DNA of 64,000 bases from Raoultibacter sp. (GTDB taxonomy: Bacteria > Actinomycetota > Coriobacteriia > Coriobacteriales > Eggerthellaceae). Positions 45,488 through 54,911 of the stretch are shown in pieces. Location: contig JAVVPE010000002.1 in the NCBI GenBank assembly GCA_036655915.1, positions 362 through 64,361 on the forward strand, written 5' to 3'. Positions within the stretch are counted from its first letter, which is position 1; each line of letters starts with the position of its first letter. The notes under the pieces are model-generated. The model searched no databases. It worked only from the letters and a program-made list of their open reading frames with translations, and was not told where the DNA came from. The position numbers and the translations under genes were made by a program.

Positions 45488-46846
45488 TTATAGGCAAAAC
45501 GACATGTAGAGGGGGAGAAATTCTCTTTCTTGTTCGCTTCGGTACTGCTTGGGCGACACGACATACTCAAGGCCTACGCGGCTTTTGAACTTGGTCTTGA
45601 ACTTGTCGAGAGAAACCGTAGAATAACGCTTGCCCGATTTAACCTCAAGGGGGCTTATCCTTGGTTTCATGGCCGCGTTGGGGCAAGGGCAAACGATCAA
45701 GAAATCTATCTCCATCCGTTCTGCCTTATCGGGGGAGAGTTTCGAGTAAAAATACAAATCATGGCCACTGGCAACCAGCTGTTGTGCGACAGCATTTTCC
45801 GCCAACATACCCTCATTTACCGATACGTCACCTAGCAACACCTGCCGATACACTTCGGGAATGGCGGTGCCGCCAGCCGAGAATGCCATGCTTGAAAGAA
45901 GGCCCGTATCGGCCATGTAGCACTTTACACTGGCGTCATCTGCGCTCAGCGCCAGACCGAGGGAGGGATCGGTGCTTGAAGTGCACAGATTCACCGTTGC
46001 CGCTTCCCTCATCCAGGAAAACGCGGTCATGAAATCGCGCGAACGAGAGCCATTTTCAATCTGTGTATACACGATTTTCTTCTCGTGTTTTGAAAGCTGG
46101 CCAGGGATTGCATCGAACACCGCCTTTATTCTCTTCGCTGCAAAGCCACCGTATTTTTCTATGTCATCGCGGTAGAGCTTAAGAACGAGGCGTTTCGCCC
46201 TGTCGGCTGCTACCATATCTCGCTTTGGTGCGTAAGCCGCCACGGCTTGAGGCATTCCGCCCACTAGCACATATTCGCGCCAGAGAAGGGACGCTTTGCG
46301 ATGCAGCTCTTCTGGCAAAGCCTTGTGTTTATCAAACGATTGGCGAATTGCGTCGGCAAGGGGTTTTTCCTGCATCGCCCAAAGAAATTCTTCAAAGTCC
46401 ATTGGGTTCATGCGCAGGGAATCTTCTTCAGAAGGAATGAGGATGTCTTTGACATTACTTTTGAGGGAGATAAGCGAGCCTGTTTCCAAATAGTCGTAGC
46501 GACCATCAGCAACAAGATGTTTGATAAATTCCCTGGCCTGAGGGAATAGCTGCACTTCATCGAAGATAACAAGTGAGGCGCGTCGCTTGAGCGAAACTCC
46601 CGCCATGGCCGACAAGTAGAGAAAGAAACTATCTAAGTCGTTTCTTGTATCGAGCAGTGTTTGCTTGAACTCTTTTGCTACCTTCGTGAAATCAACAAGC
46701 ACGTATGATTCATATTCATTTTTCGCAAACTCTTCAGCGACGGTCGATTTCCCGACGCGCCTTGCTCCTTCGACAAGCATTGCACTTGTGCCCTTGCTCG
46801 TTTTTTTCCATGCGAGAAGCTTGTCATATGCTTTTCTGTTAAACAT
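45488..46846 (-). CDS. AAA+ ATPase of the COG1373 / DUF4143 type (second copy in the window)
   Basis: Walker A GARRVGKST, Walker B VIFDEVQ, C-terminal EIDFLIV...PLEVKSGKRYS. Confidence 0.8.
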   Translation of the reverse strand: MFNRKAYDKLLAWKKTSKGTSAMLVEGARRVGKSTVAEEFAKNEYESYVLVDFTKVAKEFKQTLLDTRNDLDSFFLYLSAMAGVSLKRRASLVIFDEVQLFPQAREFIKHLVADGRYDYLETGSLISLKSNVKDILIPSEEDSLRMNPMDFEEFLWAMQEKPLADAIRQSFDKHKALPEELHRKASLLWREYVLVGGMPQAVAAYAPKRDMVAADRAKRLVLKLYRDDIEKYGGFAAKRIKAVFDAIPGQLSKHEKKIVYTQIENGSRSRDFMTAFSWMREAATVNLCTSSTDPSLGLALSADDASVKCYMADTGLLSSMAFSAGGTAIPEVYRQVLLGDVSVNEGMLAENAVAQQLVASGHDLYFYSKLSPDKAERMEIDFLIVCPCPNAAMKPRISPLEVKSGKRYSTVSLDKFKTKFKSRVGLEYVVSPKQYRSEQEREFLPLYMSFCL

Positions 46847-46897
46847 AGCGCTTGCCCTTCGGTTGTTGTATCGTTTCCCTAGCGAAGTATAGCACTA

Positions 46898-47005
46898 TTT
46901 GCACATTTCTAAGGTTTACAACAGGGTAAAATTGCACGTTTTTAAGGTTTCAGAAATAGCAAAATTGCACGTTTCTAAGGTTTAGCAGCACTATCTTTAG
47001 GTGAT
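46898..47005 (-). repeat. Three iteron-like copies of the 19-bp motif; the last is embedded in copy 2 of the 41-bp repeat
   Basis: TTTGCACATTTCTAAGGTTTA (46898-46918), TTGCACGTTTTTAAGGTTT (46932-46950) and TTGCACGTTTCTAAGGTTT (46965-46983, extending to 47005). The period is 33-34 bp. Confidence 0.9.
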
Positions 47006-47064
47006 TTTTGGGCGCTAGTTGGGTGGGCTTGCGCTATACTTCATGCATGTGAGAAAGGAATTTT

Positions 47065-47724
47065 ATGAGCAATGTTATCGTCGTTGGGTGCGGACGCGTG
47101 GGGTCGCAGTTGGCCAGCATGCTTTCCGAAAACGACAGCAATGTATGCGTTATCGATCGGCGCGCCGAAGCGTTTATCAATCTGGGGCGCGATTTCAACG
47201 GCTCGACGCTGCAAGGCGTTGGCTTCGATGAAGAAACGCTGCTGAAGGCCGGTGTTGAAGAGTGCGATGTTGTCGCCGCCGTCACGCAGTTGGACAACAC
47301 GAACCTGATGGTGGCAGAAGTTGCCAGCCGTCTTTTTGGCGTGCCGCACGTTATTGCGCGCTTGTACAATCCCGGCCACGAACGCGCCTATATGCAGTTG
47401 GGGCTTGATTACGTGTGCGGCACCTCGCTGGTTGCCGAAGATGTATTTTCCAAGATTATGGCAGGGCACGGCAGCCATTTGGATTCATTTGGTGAATTTG
47501 AAGTGTTGCGTTTTTCCCTCAACCTTAACCCCGTGGAAAAAAGAACGATCCGCGTGGCCGATCTTGAACGCACGCACGATATTCGCATCGCAGCCTTTGA
47601 GCGGGCCGATGGTTCGGCCAGTTCTATCCCCACCAGCGAAAGCATCCTGTATCACGGCGACACCGTGCTGGCTTGCGTGCGTCACGACTTGATCACATCG
47701 TTCTCGAAATATATGCAGGATTAG
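47065..47724 (+). CDS. trkA: Trk/Ktr potassium uptake system, RCK (NAD-binding) subunit
   Basis: Rossmann motif VVGCGRVGSQLA plus an RCK_C domain. 219 aa. Confidence 0.85.
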   Translation: MSNVIVVGCGRVGSQLASMLSENDSNVCVIDRRAEAFINLGRDFNGSTLQGVGFDEETLLKAGVEECDVVAAVTQLDNTNLMVAEVASRLFGVPHVIARLYNPGHERAYMQLGLDYVCGTSLVAEDVFSKIMAGHGSHLDSFGEFEVLRFSLNLNPVEKRTIRVADLERTHDIRIAAFERADGSASSIPTSESILYHGDTVLACVRHDLITSFSKYMQD

Positions 47725-47734
47725 GGGTGTCTTT

Positions 47735-48406
47735 ATGTATATCGTAATCGCCGGTGGCGGAAAAATCGGAGAATATCTGGCCAGCACGCTTCTGGCCAGC
47801 GATAACGATGTGGCCATCATCGAAGAAGACCTGACAACCGCCGACCGCCTTTCTGTCGAATTAAGCGGCCGCTACATGGTTATTTGTGGCGACGGCTGCA
47901 ATTCGCGCTACCAGGAAGATGCGGGTATTCGCAAGGCCGATGTGTTTGTGGCCACAACGGGGCAAGATGATGACAACCTGGTTTCGTGCGAAATTGCGCA
48001 ACGCGTTTTCAATGTGCCGCGTTGTATCGCGCGCGTGAACAGTCCCAAAAATCTGCGCATCTTCCGTGAGGTCGGCATCGAATGCGTTTCCTCCACGACG
48101 CTTATCGCTAAACTTATCGAAGAGGAAGCCATGCTGGGATCCATCAGTGTGGTGTCGTCGCTGACGCACGGCAACGTGGCTCTTTCCGAAATAAAGGTGC
48201 CGAAAATGCGCTACCACGACAACGCGAAAGGCATGTTGGCTCACGAAGTTGTTATGCCCGAAGGCGCAATGCTCGTGGCCATTTCCACAAAGGATGATGT
48301 GGAAGTGGTGAGCTCGCAAACAATGATGGTGCCCGGCAACACCGCCATTGTCGCTTCGGATTCCTCTATGCTCGACAGCGTGCGTGCGGTTTTCAAGGCA
48401 CTCTAG
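47735..48406 (+). CDS. trkA: Trk/Ktr potassium uptake system, second RCK subunit
   Basis: IAGGGKIGEYLA Rossmann motif plus RCK_C. 223 aa. Confidence 0.85.
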   Translation: MYIVIAGGGKIGEYLASTLLASDNDVAIIEEDLTTADRLSVELSGRYMVICGDGCNSRYQEDAGIRKADVFVATTGQDDDNLVSCEIAQRVFNVPRCIARVNSPKNLRIFREVGIECVSSTTLIAKLIEEEAMLGSISVVSSLTHGNVALSEIKVPKMRYHDNAKGMLAHEVVMPEGAMLVAISTKDDVEVVSSQTMMVPGNTAIVASDSSMLDSVRAVFKAL

Positions 48407-48484
48407 CTCTGCACCAATCGCACCAGCAGCAACAATGCGATTCAATCCCATCCGCCACCAAACTACGAACAAGGAGACACACCG

Positions 48485-49828
48485 ATGATCGATCGCTACA
48501 CGCGCCCTAAGATGGGGGCCATCTGGGAAATGCAGAACAAGTTTTCCATCTGGAAGGAAATCGAGGTGCTGGCCTGCGAAGCCCAGGCTGAACTGGGAAA
48601 ATCAGGCATCACCAAGCAGGAAGCTCAGTGGATTCGTGACCACGCCAATTTCACCGTTGCGCGTATCGACGAAATCGAAAAGGTGACCAATCACGATGTT
48701 ATCGCGTTTACCACCAGCATGGCGGAATATATAGACGCCGATGTACCCGCAGGTGAAGAGCCCCCTTCGCGTTGGGTGCACTACGGCATGACCTCTTCGG
48801 ATTTGGGCGATACCGCGCTAAGCTATCAGATCACCCAGGCCATCGACCTTATTTTGGAAGATGTGGCGGCCCTGGGCGAAACCTGCAAGCGTCGTGCCTT
48901 TGAATTCCAAAATGTGCTGTGCGTGGGGCGCACTCATGGCATCCACGCAGAACCCATGACCTTTGGCATGAAGTTCGGTTCGTGGGCCTGGGCGCTCAAG
49001 CGCGCGCAGACGCGCTTGCAGCAGGCGCGCGAAGTGGCGGCAACGGGTGCGATTTCGGGGGCGGTGGGCACGTATTCCAGCATCGACCCCTTCGTTGAAC
49101 AGTATGTATGCGAAAAGTTGGGTCTTAGCCCCGATCCGCTTTCGACGCAGGTGCTGGCGCGCGATCGCCACGCGCAGGTGTTTACGGCGCTGGCCGTGTG
49201 CGCGGCCACCTTGGAGTCCATCGCGCTGCAGGTGCGCCTGCTGCAGCAATCCGACGTGATCGAAGCCGAAGAGCCCTTTGCCAAGGGGCAGAAGGGTTCT
49301 TCGGCCATGCCGCACAAGCGCAACCCCATCACGGCCGAACGCGTCTGCGGCCTGGCGCGCGTTGTAAAAGCGAACGCCCAGGTGGGCCTTGATGATGTGG
49401 CGCTGTGGTTTGAACGTGATATCTCGCATTCCGGCGCCGAACGCGTGGCGCTATCCGATAGCTTCATCACGCTTGATTATATGTTTGGCAAGATGCAGTG
49501 GATGCTTGATGGTTTGCAAACCTATCCCGCGAAGATGGAAGCAAATCTCAATCGCTGCCGTGGCCTCATTTTCTCATCGAAGGTGCTGCTGGCCTTGGTG
49601 GATACCGGTATTTCGCGCGAAGATGCCTATGTTATCGTGCAGCGCAACGCGATGAGCGTGTGGGAAGATATTCAAAATGCTGTGGCTGGCCCCAGCTACA
49701 GAGAACGCCTGGAAGCCGACCCTGAAGCGCGTTTATCAGCAGAAACACTCGACACCATTTTTGATCCCTGGGATTTTTTGGCACGCAAAGATGTTGTGTT
49801 CGACAAGTTGGAAAAACTGACGTTTTAG
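48485..49828 (+). CDS. purB: Adenylosuccinate lyase
   Basis: Fumarate-lyase signature GSSAMPHKRNP. N-terminus MIDRYTRPKMGAIW is typical of PurB. Confidence 0.93.
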   Translation: MIDRYTRPKMGAIWEMQNKFSIWKEIEVLACEAQAELGKSGITKQEAQWIRDHANFTVARIDEIEKVTNHDVIAFTTSMAEYIDADVPAGEEPPSRWVHYGMTSSDLGDTALSYQITQAIDLILEDVAALGETCKRRAFEFQNVLCVGRTHGIHAEPMTFGMKFGSWAWALKRAQTRLQQAREVAATGAISGAVGTYSSIDPFVEQYVCEKLGLSPDPLSTQVLARDRHAQVFTALAVCAATLESIALQVRLLQQSDVIEAEEPFAKGQKGSSAMPHKRNPITAERVCGLARVVKANAQVGLDDVALWFERDISHSGAERVALSDSFITLDYMFGKMQWMLDGLQTYPAKMEANLNRCRGLIFSSKVLLALVDTGISREDAYVIVQRNAMSVWEDIQNAVAGPSYRERLEADPEARLSAETLDTIFDPWDFLARKDVVFDKLEKLTF

Positions 49829-49836
49829 GCTTGTGG

Positions 49837-49893
49837 CCAGGCAGGGGGTGATGTCTGGATCACCGGGCGGACACCCCTTGCCTGGGGTTTTGG
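49837..49893. terminator. Long hairpin between convergent purB and the Tat-signal protein gene
   Basis: CCAGGCAGGGGGTG (49837-49850) pairs with CACCCCTTGCCTGG (49872-49885), followed by GGTTTTGGTT. Confidence 0.6.
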
Positions 49894-49909
49894 TTGCACC
49901 TGGCTGCGC

Positions 49910-51424
49910 CTAGGCCAAAGGAGCCCAGGTGCGCACGCGGCAGAGTTTCTTCGCTTCACCGGCGGTGGTGGTCATGTTGATATTCATGAAGGTGATGATG
50001 TGCGTGTTTGTGCCGGTCGAGGCCAGGTAATCGCCCCAATCTTCACAACCGCTTTCGGTGCCGCAGGAAAAATAGGTCTTATTCGCCAGGTCAACGCCGC
50101 TTACTGCGCGCGTCGATTTTACCATGAAGAAATTGCCGCACCACGCCGGGGGCGCTGAGGGCACCTTGTCGAAGTGAAACCACGGCAGGCCCTGGTAGTT
50201 GTTAGGGTCGTGGGCGGTTTGGGGGGCATAGGTGCCCAGGTTGGCAATACCGTCGCCATAATTGTAGCGGCCTTCAAAAGAAAACGTGAAGCCCGTTGCG
50301 CCATAGCCCGCTTCCAGCGGCTTCATGGCCGGGGGCAGCACCAGCGCATCCATCGTGCTGCCATCGCTGGCTTTTATGCGTGTGAGCTGGTGATACACGT
50401 TGCTTGTATCAACGCGCGGCGTGATGACGACGCTATCGGCCAGCGGATAGATAGGGGTGGACATGCGCCCCGAAGACGTGTAGAGCACGCTGGCCTGTCC
50501 GCCGCCAAAATCGGCTCGCTTCAAAAGGGAGTTTTCCGTGGCAGCCCTGCCCTTCACCTTGGGAAGGCATTGCCAGAAGGCCGCTGCACCCACCGCGGCA
50601 ATCGAAGGCGCTTCCCACTGATCATCGCCCTGGTCAAGCAAGGTGGGCGCACCCAGCGCAAGGCCCGCAAGCGGCGCGGCGTAGATGCGCCATAGACCTT
50701 CCAATATATTGGCTTCGGTCCACACTAAGCCCGCTTCACTTGCGCGCACATCGTAAACCTCAAAGCCTTCGGCCTGCCCCACGGCGGCTTCCAGCACCGT
50801 GGTGGCTTCGCCGCTGGCAAGGGTGATGATGCCCACCTGCACCAGGGGCTTTGCTGTTTCGGTGGGCAGAAGGCAGGCGGCATTTGTGTCGTTGTTGGAC
50901 CAGATGAGGGTTCCGTAAGGGAATTCGTAGCTGCCCGTTAATTGCAGCGCCTGATCAAGGGGTATTTCGCTGCAGTCGGCAAGCGAGAAAACCGCCTGTT
51001 CGGGCACTTCAAGATACGTGATGGTGTCGCGCTTTTCGGCGGCGCTTTGCAGGGCGCTTCCCCCTGCAGCGGCCGCAGCAAGGGCTCCGACGCCCAAGGC
51101 GCCGTACAAAAAGTGGCGCCGCGTCAGTAGAATTTCACCATTGCTGGTGGGGATGTGGATGCCCGTCTGCGATGTGCCCTTTGGCGCATGGGCAGTGGCC
51201 GTGCGTTTTGCGACGGGCCTTGTGTGCTTATGGGGCGGGCGACGCTGTGTCAAAGGGGTGCTTCCTCCGGTATTTCCAGGGCCAATTTCTTGTTGGGTAC
51301 CGATTGTAAGGGATTGCGCCACCCTGCGGCAATCATCCCCACGCAGGACACATGATTGTAGCGAATCGGTTGCTTGGCCGCCGCAAAGGTGCCCGTGTGG
51401 CACATAAGTTGTGGAGGCCTCCAC
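49910..51424 (-). CDS. Hypothetical exported protein with a twin-arginine signal
   Basis: LTRRHFLYGALGVGALAAAAAGG Tat-like motif about 100 aa into the ORF. There is no in-frame ATG between the ORF start and the motif, so the true start is unresolved. No catalytic motif recognised. Confidence 0.6.
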   Translation of the reverse strand: MEASTTYVPHGHLCGGQATDSLQSCVLRGDDCRRVAQSLTIGTQQEIGPGNTGGSTPLTQRRPPHKHTRPVAKRTATAHAPKGTSQTGIHIPTSNGEILLTRRHFLYGALGVGALAAAAAGGSALQSAAEKRDTITYLEVPEQAVFSLADCSEIPLDQALQLTGSYEFPYGTLIWSNNDTNAACLLPTETAKPLVQVGIITLASGEATTVLEAAVGQAEGFEVYDVRASEAGLVWTEANILEGLWRIYAAPLAGLALGAPTLLDQGDDQWEAPSIAAVGAAAFWQCLPKVKGRAATENSLLKRADFGGGQASVLYTSSGRMSTPIYPLADSVVITPRVDTSNVYHQLTRIKASDGSTMDALVLPPAMKPLEAGYGATGFTFSFEGRYNYGDGIANLGTYAPQTAHDPNNYQGLPWFHFDKVPSAPPAWCGNFFMVKSTRAVSGVDLANKTYFSCGTESGCEDWGDYLASTGTNTHIITFMNINMTTTAGEAKKLCRVRTWAPLA

Positions 51425-51625
51425 AACTCGCGTTTCCCCCGCATACAGGCCTATACCACCTGCGGCTTACTTTGCTGCGTTTATTGTGTCATTTCACCTT
51501 CAAATTTCAAGCACTTCGCCCTCACTTGCTACAATAGGCGCAAACGCGAAGACCCACAGCGGTCCGCACAACGAAGTTTCGCCCATACGGGCGGGCTACG
51601 ACACGACAAGCTTGAGGAGATTTCC

Positions 51626-52339
51626 ATGAGCAATGAAACACGACGGATTTTGTTGGTTGAAGATGAAAAGGCCATCCGCGATGCGGTAGCGGCCTATCTT
51701 GAACGTGAAAATTATTGGGTCACCGCCGTTGGTGACGGTCAAGAAGCGCTTGAGGAATTTTCGAAGCACCATTTCGATTTGGTTATTCTCGACCTTATGT
51801 TGCCGCGCGTTCCGGGCGAACGCGTCTGCCGCGCCATCCGCGATAATTCCGATGTGCCCATCATTATGTTAACGGCCAAAGGCGAAGTGGAAGATCGCAT
51901 TATCGGCCTGGAACTGGGCGCCGATGACTATTTGGTCAAGCCCTTTTCCCCGCGCGAACTGGTTGCCCGCGTGCGTGCTCTGCTGCGCCGCGTGCATGCC
52001 GATTCCGAACCGCAGCGCGAAGTACTTGAATTTGGCGAGCTTACCATCGATGTTTCTGGCCACAAAGTGCTGGTCAACGGTGAAGAAATCGATTTAACCG
52101 CAAGCGAATTCAAGCTGCTTACCACGCTTTCTCGCTATCCTGGCCGTGTGTATTCGCGTATGGAACTGGTGGAAAAAGTGCTGGGCTACGATTTTGAAGG
52201 CTACGAGCGCACCATCGATTCTCACGTGAAAAATCTGCGAGCCAAAATCGGCGACAATCCGCGTAGCCCCAAGTGGCTTCACACGGTGCATGGCGTGGGC
52301 TATCGTTTTGAAGATCCCACGAAGGTGCCGCAGCAGTAA
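51626..52339 (+). CDS. OmpR/PhoB family response regulator
   Basis: Start at ATG 51626 (GAGGAG upstream). Receiver ILLVEDEKAIRD...DLVILDLMLP. Winged-helix C-terminus (HTVHGVGYRF). Confidence 0.9.
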   Translation: MSNETRRILLVEDEKAIRDAVAAYLERENYWVTAVGDGQEALEEFSKHHFDLVILDLMLPRVPGERVCRAIRDNSDVPIIMLTAKGEVEDRIIGLELGADDYLVKPFSPRELVARVRALLRRVHADSEPQREVLEFGELTIDVSGHKVLVNGEEIDLTASEFKLLTTLSRYPGRVYSRMELVEKVLGYDFEGYERTIDSHVKNLRAKIGDNPRSPKWLHTVHGVGYRFEDPTKVPQQ

Positions 52340-52378
52340 TAATGCGGGTACCCGCGCGCCTAGTCGAAGGGGATCTGC

Positions 52379-53896
52379 GTGAGCTCAAAAAAGCCTAAAG
52401 AAACCGAACCAGAGGTATATGGAGAAGCATCAGGAACCAGGAAGCGCAAGCATGCCTGGTTCAACTTTTCCTATACCACGCGCGTCACCGCATCGTTTGC
52501 CCTGATCGCGGCCATGACCGCCCTGGTGGCTATCGGCGTGCTTTCCTTCGTGTGGGAACAGCACTTCCAGGCCTACACACGCGACAACCTGCAAAAGCAG
52601 GCCGACAACGTGGCGACATCCATCGCCACAAAATACGTCAACAACGGTGGCGATCTGCGCCGTGATGGCGTGCTTACCCCGGCTGAATCGGCCACAAGCC
52701 TCAACCCTGGCCTGGGCATTCAGGTTATGGCGGCGGGTACCGATGGTGTGAACGAGAGCATTCTTTACGACAACACGCGTTCGGCCAATGGCGAAGGCGG
52801 CGTTTCGCTGGCTCCTTCCAACCGCTCAAATATCGTGTCTTCTTCCATTGTGGTGGAAGGTAAGGTGGTGGGCACCGTGCGCATGTGGGTGCCCGGGTCC
52901 GAGCTGATGTTAAGCAAGGGCGATGTGCTGTTCCGAGAACAATCCTACCAGGCGATGATTTTTGCGGCGGCGCTGGCTATTGTGCTGGCCTTGGGCATCG
53001 GCTTCTTGTTCGCGCGCGGCCTGGTCAACCCTATAAACCGCATGACAAGCACCGCAAAAGACATCAAGAAGGGCGATCTTTCTGCCCGCACGGGGCTTAC
53101 GGGCGACGACGAAGTGTCGCGTCTGGGCGAAACCTTTGACGAAATGGCCGAATCCATCGAAAAGGATCGTGAGCTTGAACGCCGCCTTACCACCGATGTG
53201 GCGCACGAACTGCGCACGCCGCTTATGGCCATCCAATCCACCGTCGAAGCGATGGTCGATGGCGTATTTGAGCCCAACGCCGAACGCTTAGAAACGGTCA
53301 ATTCCGAAGTGCAACGCCTTGGACGCCTGGTGGAAGCGTTGTTGAAACTTTCCCGCTTAGAAAACCGCTCTTCCCCTATGAGCAAGGAAGTCATCAACGT
53401 CGGCGATCTTATTTCGGGCATCGTCGCCACCCATGAAGCCTTTGTGGCCGATTCGGGGCTGTCGCTGCGCTACGAACGGGAAAACGATGTGTTCGTGTGC
53501 GGCGATGCCGATATGCTGCGCCAGGCTACGGCCAACCTTATTTCCAATGCGGTGCGCTACACGCCCGAAGGCGGCGTTATCACGGTGAAGGTGACCAAGG
53601 GCGACCTGATGGCGCGCATTATGGTGCAAGATACGGGCATTGGCCTTTCGCCCGAAGATATCAAGATGGTGTTCTCGCGTTTCTGGCGCGCCGACGCCGG
53701 ACGCGACAGGGCAAGCGGCGGTTTGGGCATCGGCCTTGCCGTGGTCAAAGAAATCGTCGATCGCCATGGTGGATGGGTGCGCGTGGAAGGCAAGCTTGAT
53801 GAAGGTGCCTGTTTCACCATCTATGTGCCGCTTTATAATGAAGAAACGGCTAAGAACCGCGAAAAGATGAAGTTCAAGAACAAAAATGCTTCATAA
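52379..53896 (+). CDS. Sensor histidine kinase (2 TM, HAMP, HisKA, HATPase_c)
   Basis: H-box DVAHELRTPL, N-box LISNAVRYT, G-boxes DTGIGL and GGLGIGLAVV. GTG start. Confidence 0.88.
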   Translation: MSSKKPKETEPEVYGEASGTRKRKHAWFNFSYTTRVTASFALIAAMTALVAIGVLSFVWEQHFQAYTRDNLQKQADNVATSIATKYVNNGGDLRRDGVLTPAESATSLNPGLGIQVMAAGTDGVNESILYDNTRSANGEGGVSLAPSNRSNIVSSSIVVEGKVVGTVRMWVPGSELMLSKGDVLFREQSYQAMIFAAALAIVLALGIGFLFARGLVNPINRMTSTAKDIKKGDLSARTGLTGDDEVSRLGETFDEMAESIEKDRELERRLTTDVAHELRTPLMAIQSTVEAMVDGVFEPNAERLETVNSEVQRLGRLVEALLKLSRLENRSSPMSKEVINVGDLISGIVATHEAFVADSGLSLRYERENDVFVCGDADMLRQATANLISNAVRYTPEGGVITVKVTKGDLMARIMVQDTGIGLSPEDIKMVFSRFWRADAGRDRASGGLGIGLAVVKEIVDRHGGWVRVEGKLDEGACFTIYVPLYNEETAKNREKMKFKNKNAS

Positions 53897-53918
53897 TACC
53901 CAGTGATGAGTAAATGAA

Positions 53919-53953
53919 CCCCTCGCACCCGACATTTCGGCGGGTGCGAGGGG
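53919..53953 (+). terminator. Perfect 13-bp stem-loop between the kinase gene and purC
   Basis: CCCCTCGCACCCG / CGGGTGCGAGGGG with a 9-nt loop. The U-tract is weak (CTTGTGTGG). Confidence 0.55.
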
Positions 53954-53984
53954 CTTGTGTGGTAATAACCAAGGAGGAATCGCA

Positions 53985-54866
53985 ATGGCAGGAATCGATA
54001 TCAAGCCTGATGCTCAGGGAAAAGTGCGCGATTTGTATGATTTGGGGGACAAGCTGCTGTTAGTCGCCACCGACCGCATTTCAGCATTCGACTTTATTTT
54101 GGAAGACGAAATACCCTACAAGGGTCAGGTGCTCACGCAGCTTTCGTGCTTCTGGTTCGACCTTTTGTCCGATGTGGTGGAAAATCACCTGATTTCGGCC
54201 GACGTGGAAGATTTGCCGGAACAGTTCAAGCCCCATGCTCAATATCTTGCCGGGCGTTTTATGCTGGTGAAAAAGGCTGAAATGTACCCGGTTGAATGCA
54301 TCGTGCGCGGCTATCTTGCCGGCAGCGGTTTGAAGGAATACAACAAGCAGGGTACCGTGTGCGGCATTCAGCTTCCCGCTGGTTTGCAAAATTCTTCCAA
54401 ACTTCCCCAGCCCATTTTCACACCTTCCACCAAGGCCGCCATTGGCGATCACGATGAAAATATTAGCTTTGAGCGTTGTTCCGAGCTCATTGGCGCAAGC
54501 GATGCGAAAACTATCAGCGACCTGACGCTGGCCGTGTATACGAAGGCGAGCGAACACGCTGCAGCCCAGGGCATCATCATTGCCGATACAAAGTTCGAGT
54601 TTGGGCGTTTGGGCACCACCACTATTTTGGCCGACGAAGTTTTGACGCCGGATTCTTCTCGCTTTTGGGCGGTTGATGATTACAGCGAAGGGCGCGACCA
54701 GCCCAGCTTCGACAAGCAATTTGTGCGCGACTGGCTGGATGCCAATTGGGATCGCCAGGGCACGCCGCCGCGCCTGCCGCAAGACATCATCGACAAGACC
54801 AGCGCCAAATATATCCAGGCCTACGAAAAGATTACCGGGAAACCGTTCGTGAAAGCTCACGCATAA
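53985..54866 (+). CDS. purC: Phosphoribosylaminoimidazole-succinocarboxamide (SAICAR) synthase
   Basis: Start at ATG 53985 (AAGGAGG upstream). GKVRDLYDLGDKLLLVATDRISAFD and ADTKFEFG motifs. Confidence 0.92.
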   Translation: MAGIDIKPDAQGKVRDLYDLGDKLLLVATDRISAFDFILEDEIPYKGQVLTQLSCFWFDLLSDVVENHLISADVEDLPEQFKPHAQYLAGRFMLVKKAEMYPVECIVRGYLAGSGLKEYNKQGTVCGIQLPAGLQNSSKLPQPIFTPSTKAAIGDHDENISFERCSELIGASDAKTISDLTLAVYTKASEHAAAQGIIIADTKFEFGRLGTTTILADEVLTPDSSRFWAVDDYSEGRDQPSFDKQFVRDWLDANWDRQGTPPRLPQDIIDKTSAKYIQAYEKITGKPFVKAHA

Positions 54867-54911
54867 TCGCCCGCAAGGGCCGCCCGTACGCAACAACGCA
54901 AGGAGACAAGC

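Noticed and set aside
51374-51625. 84-aa N-terminal extension of the response regulator ORF
   Set aside because: The extension overlaps the divergent gene and the promoter region and has no receiver-domain sequence. ATG 51626 has a GAGGAG RBS and gives a canonical receiver N-terminus.
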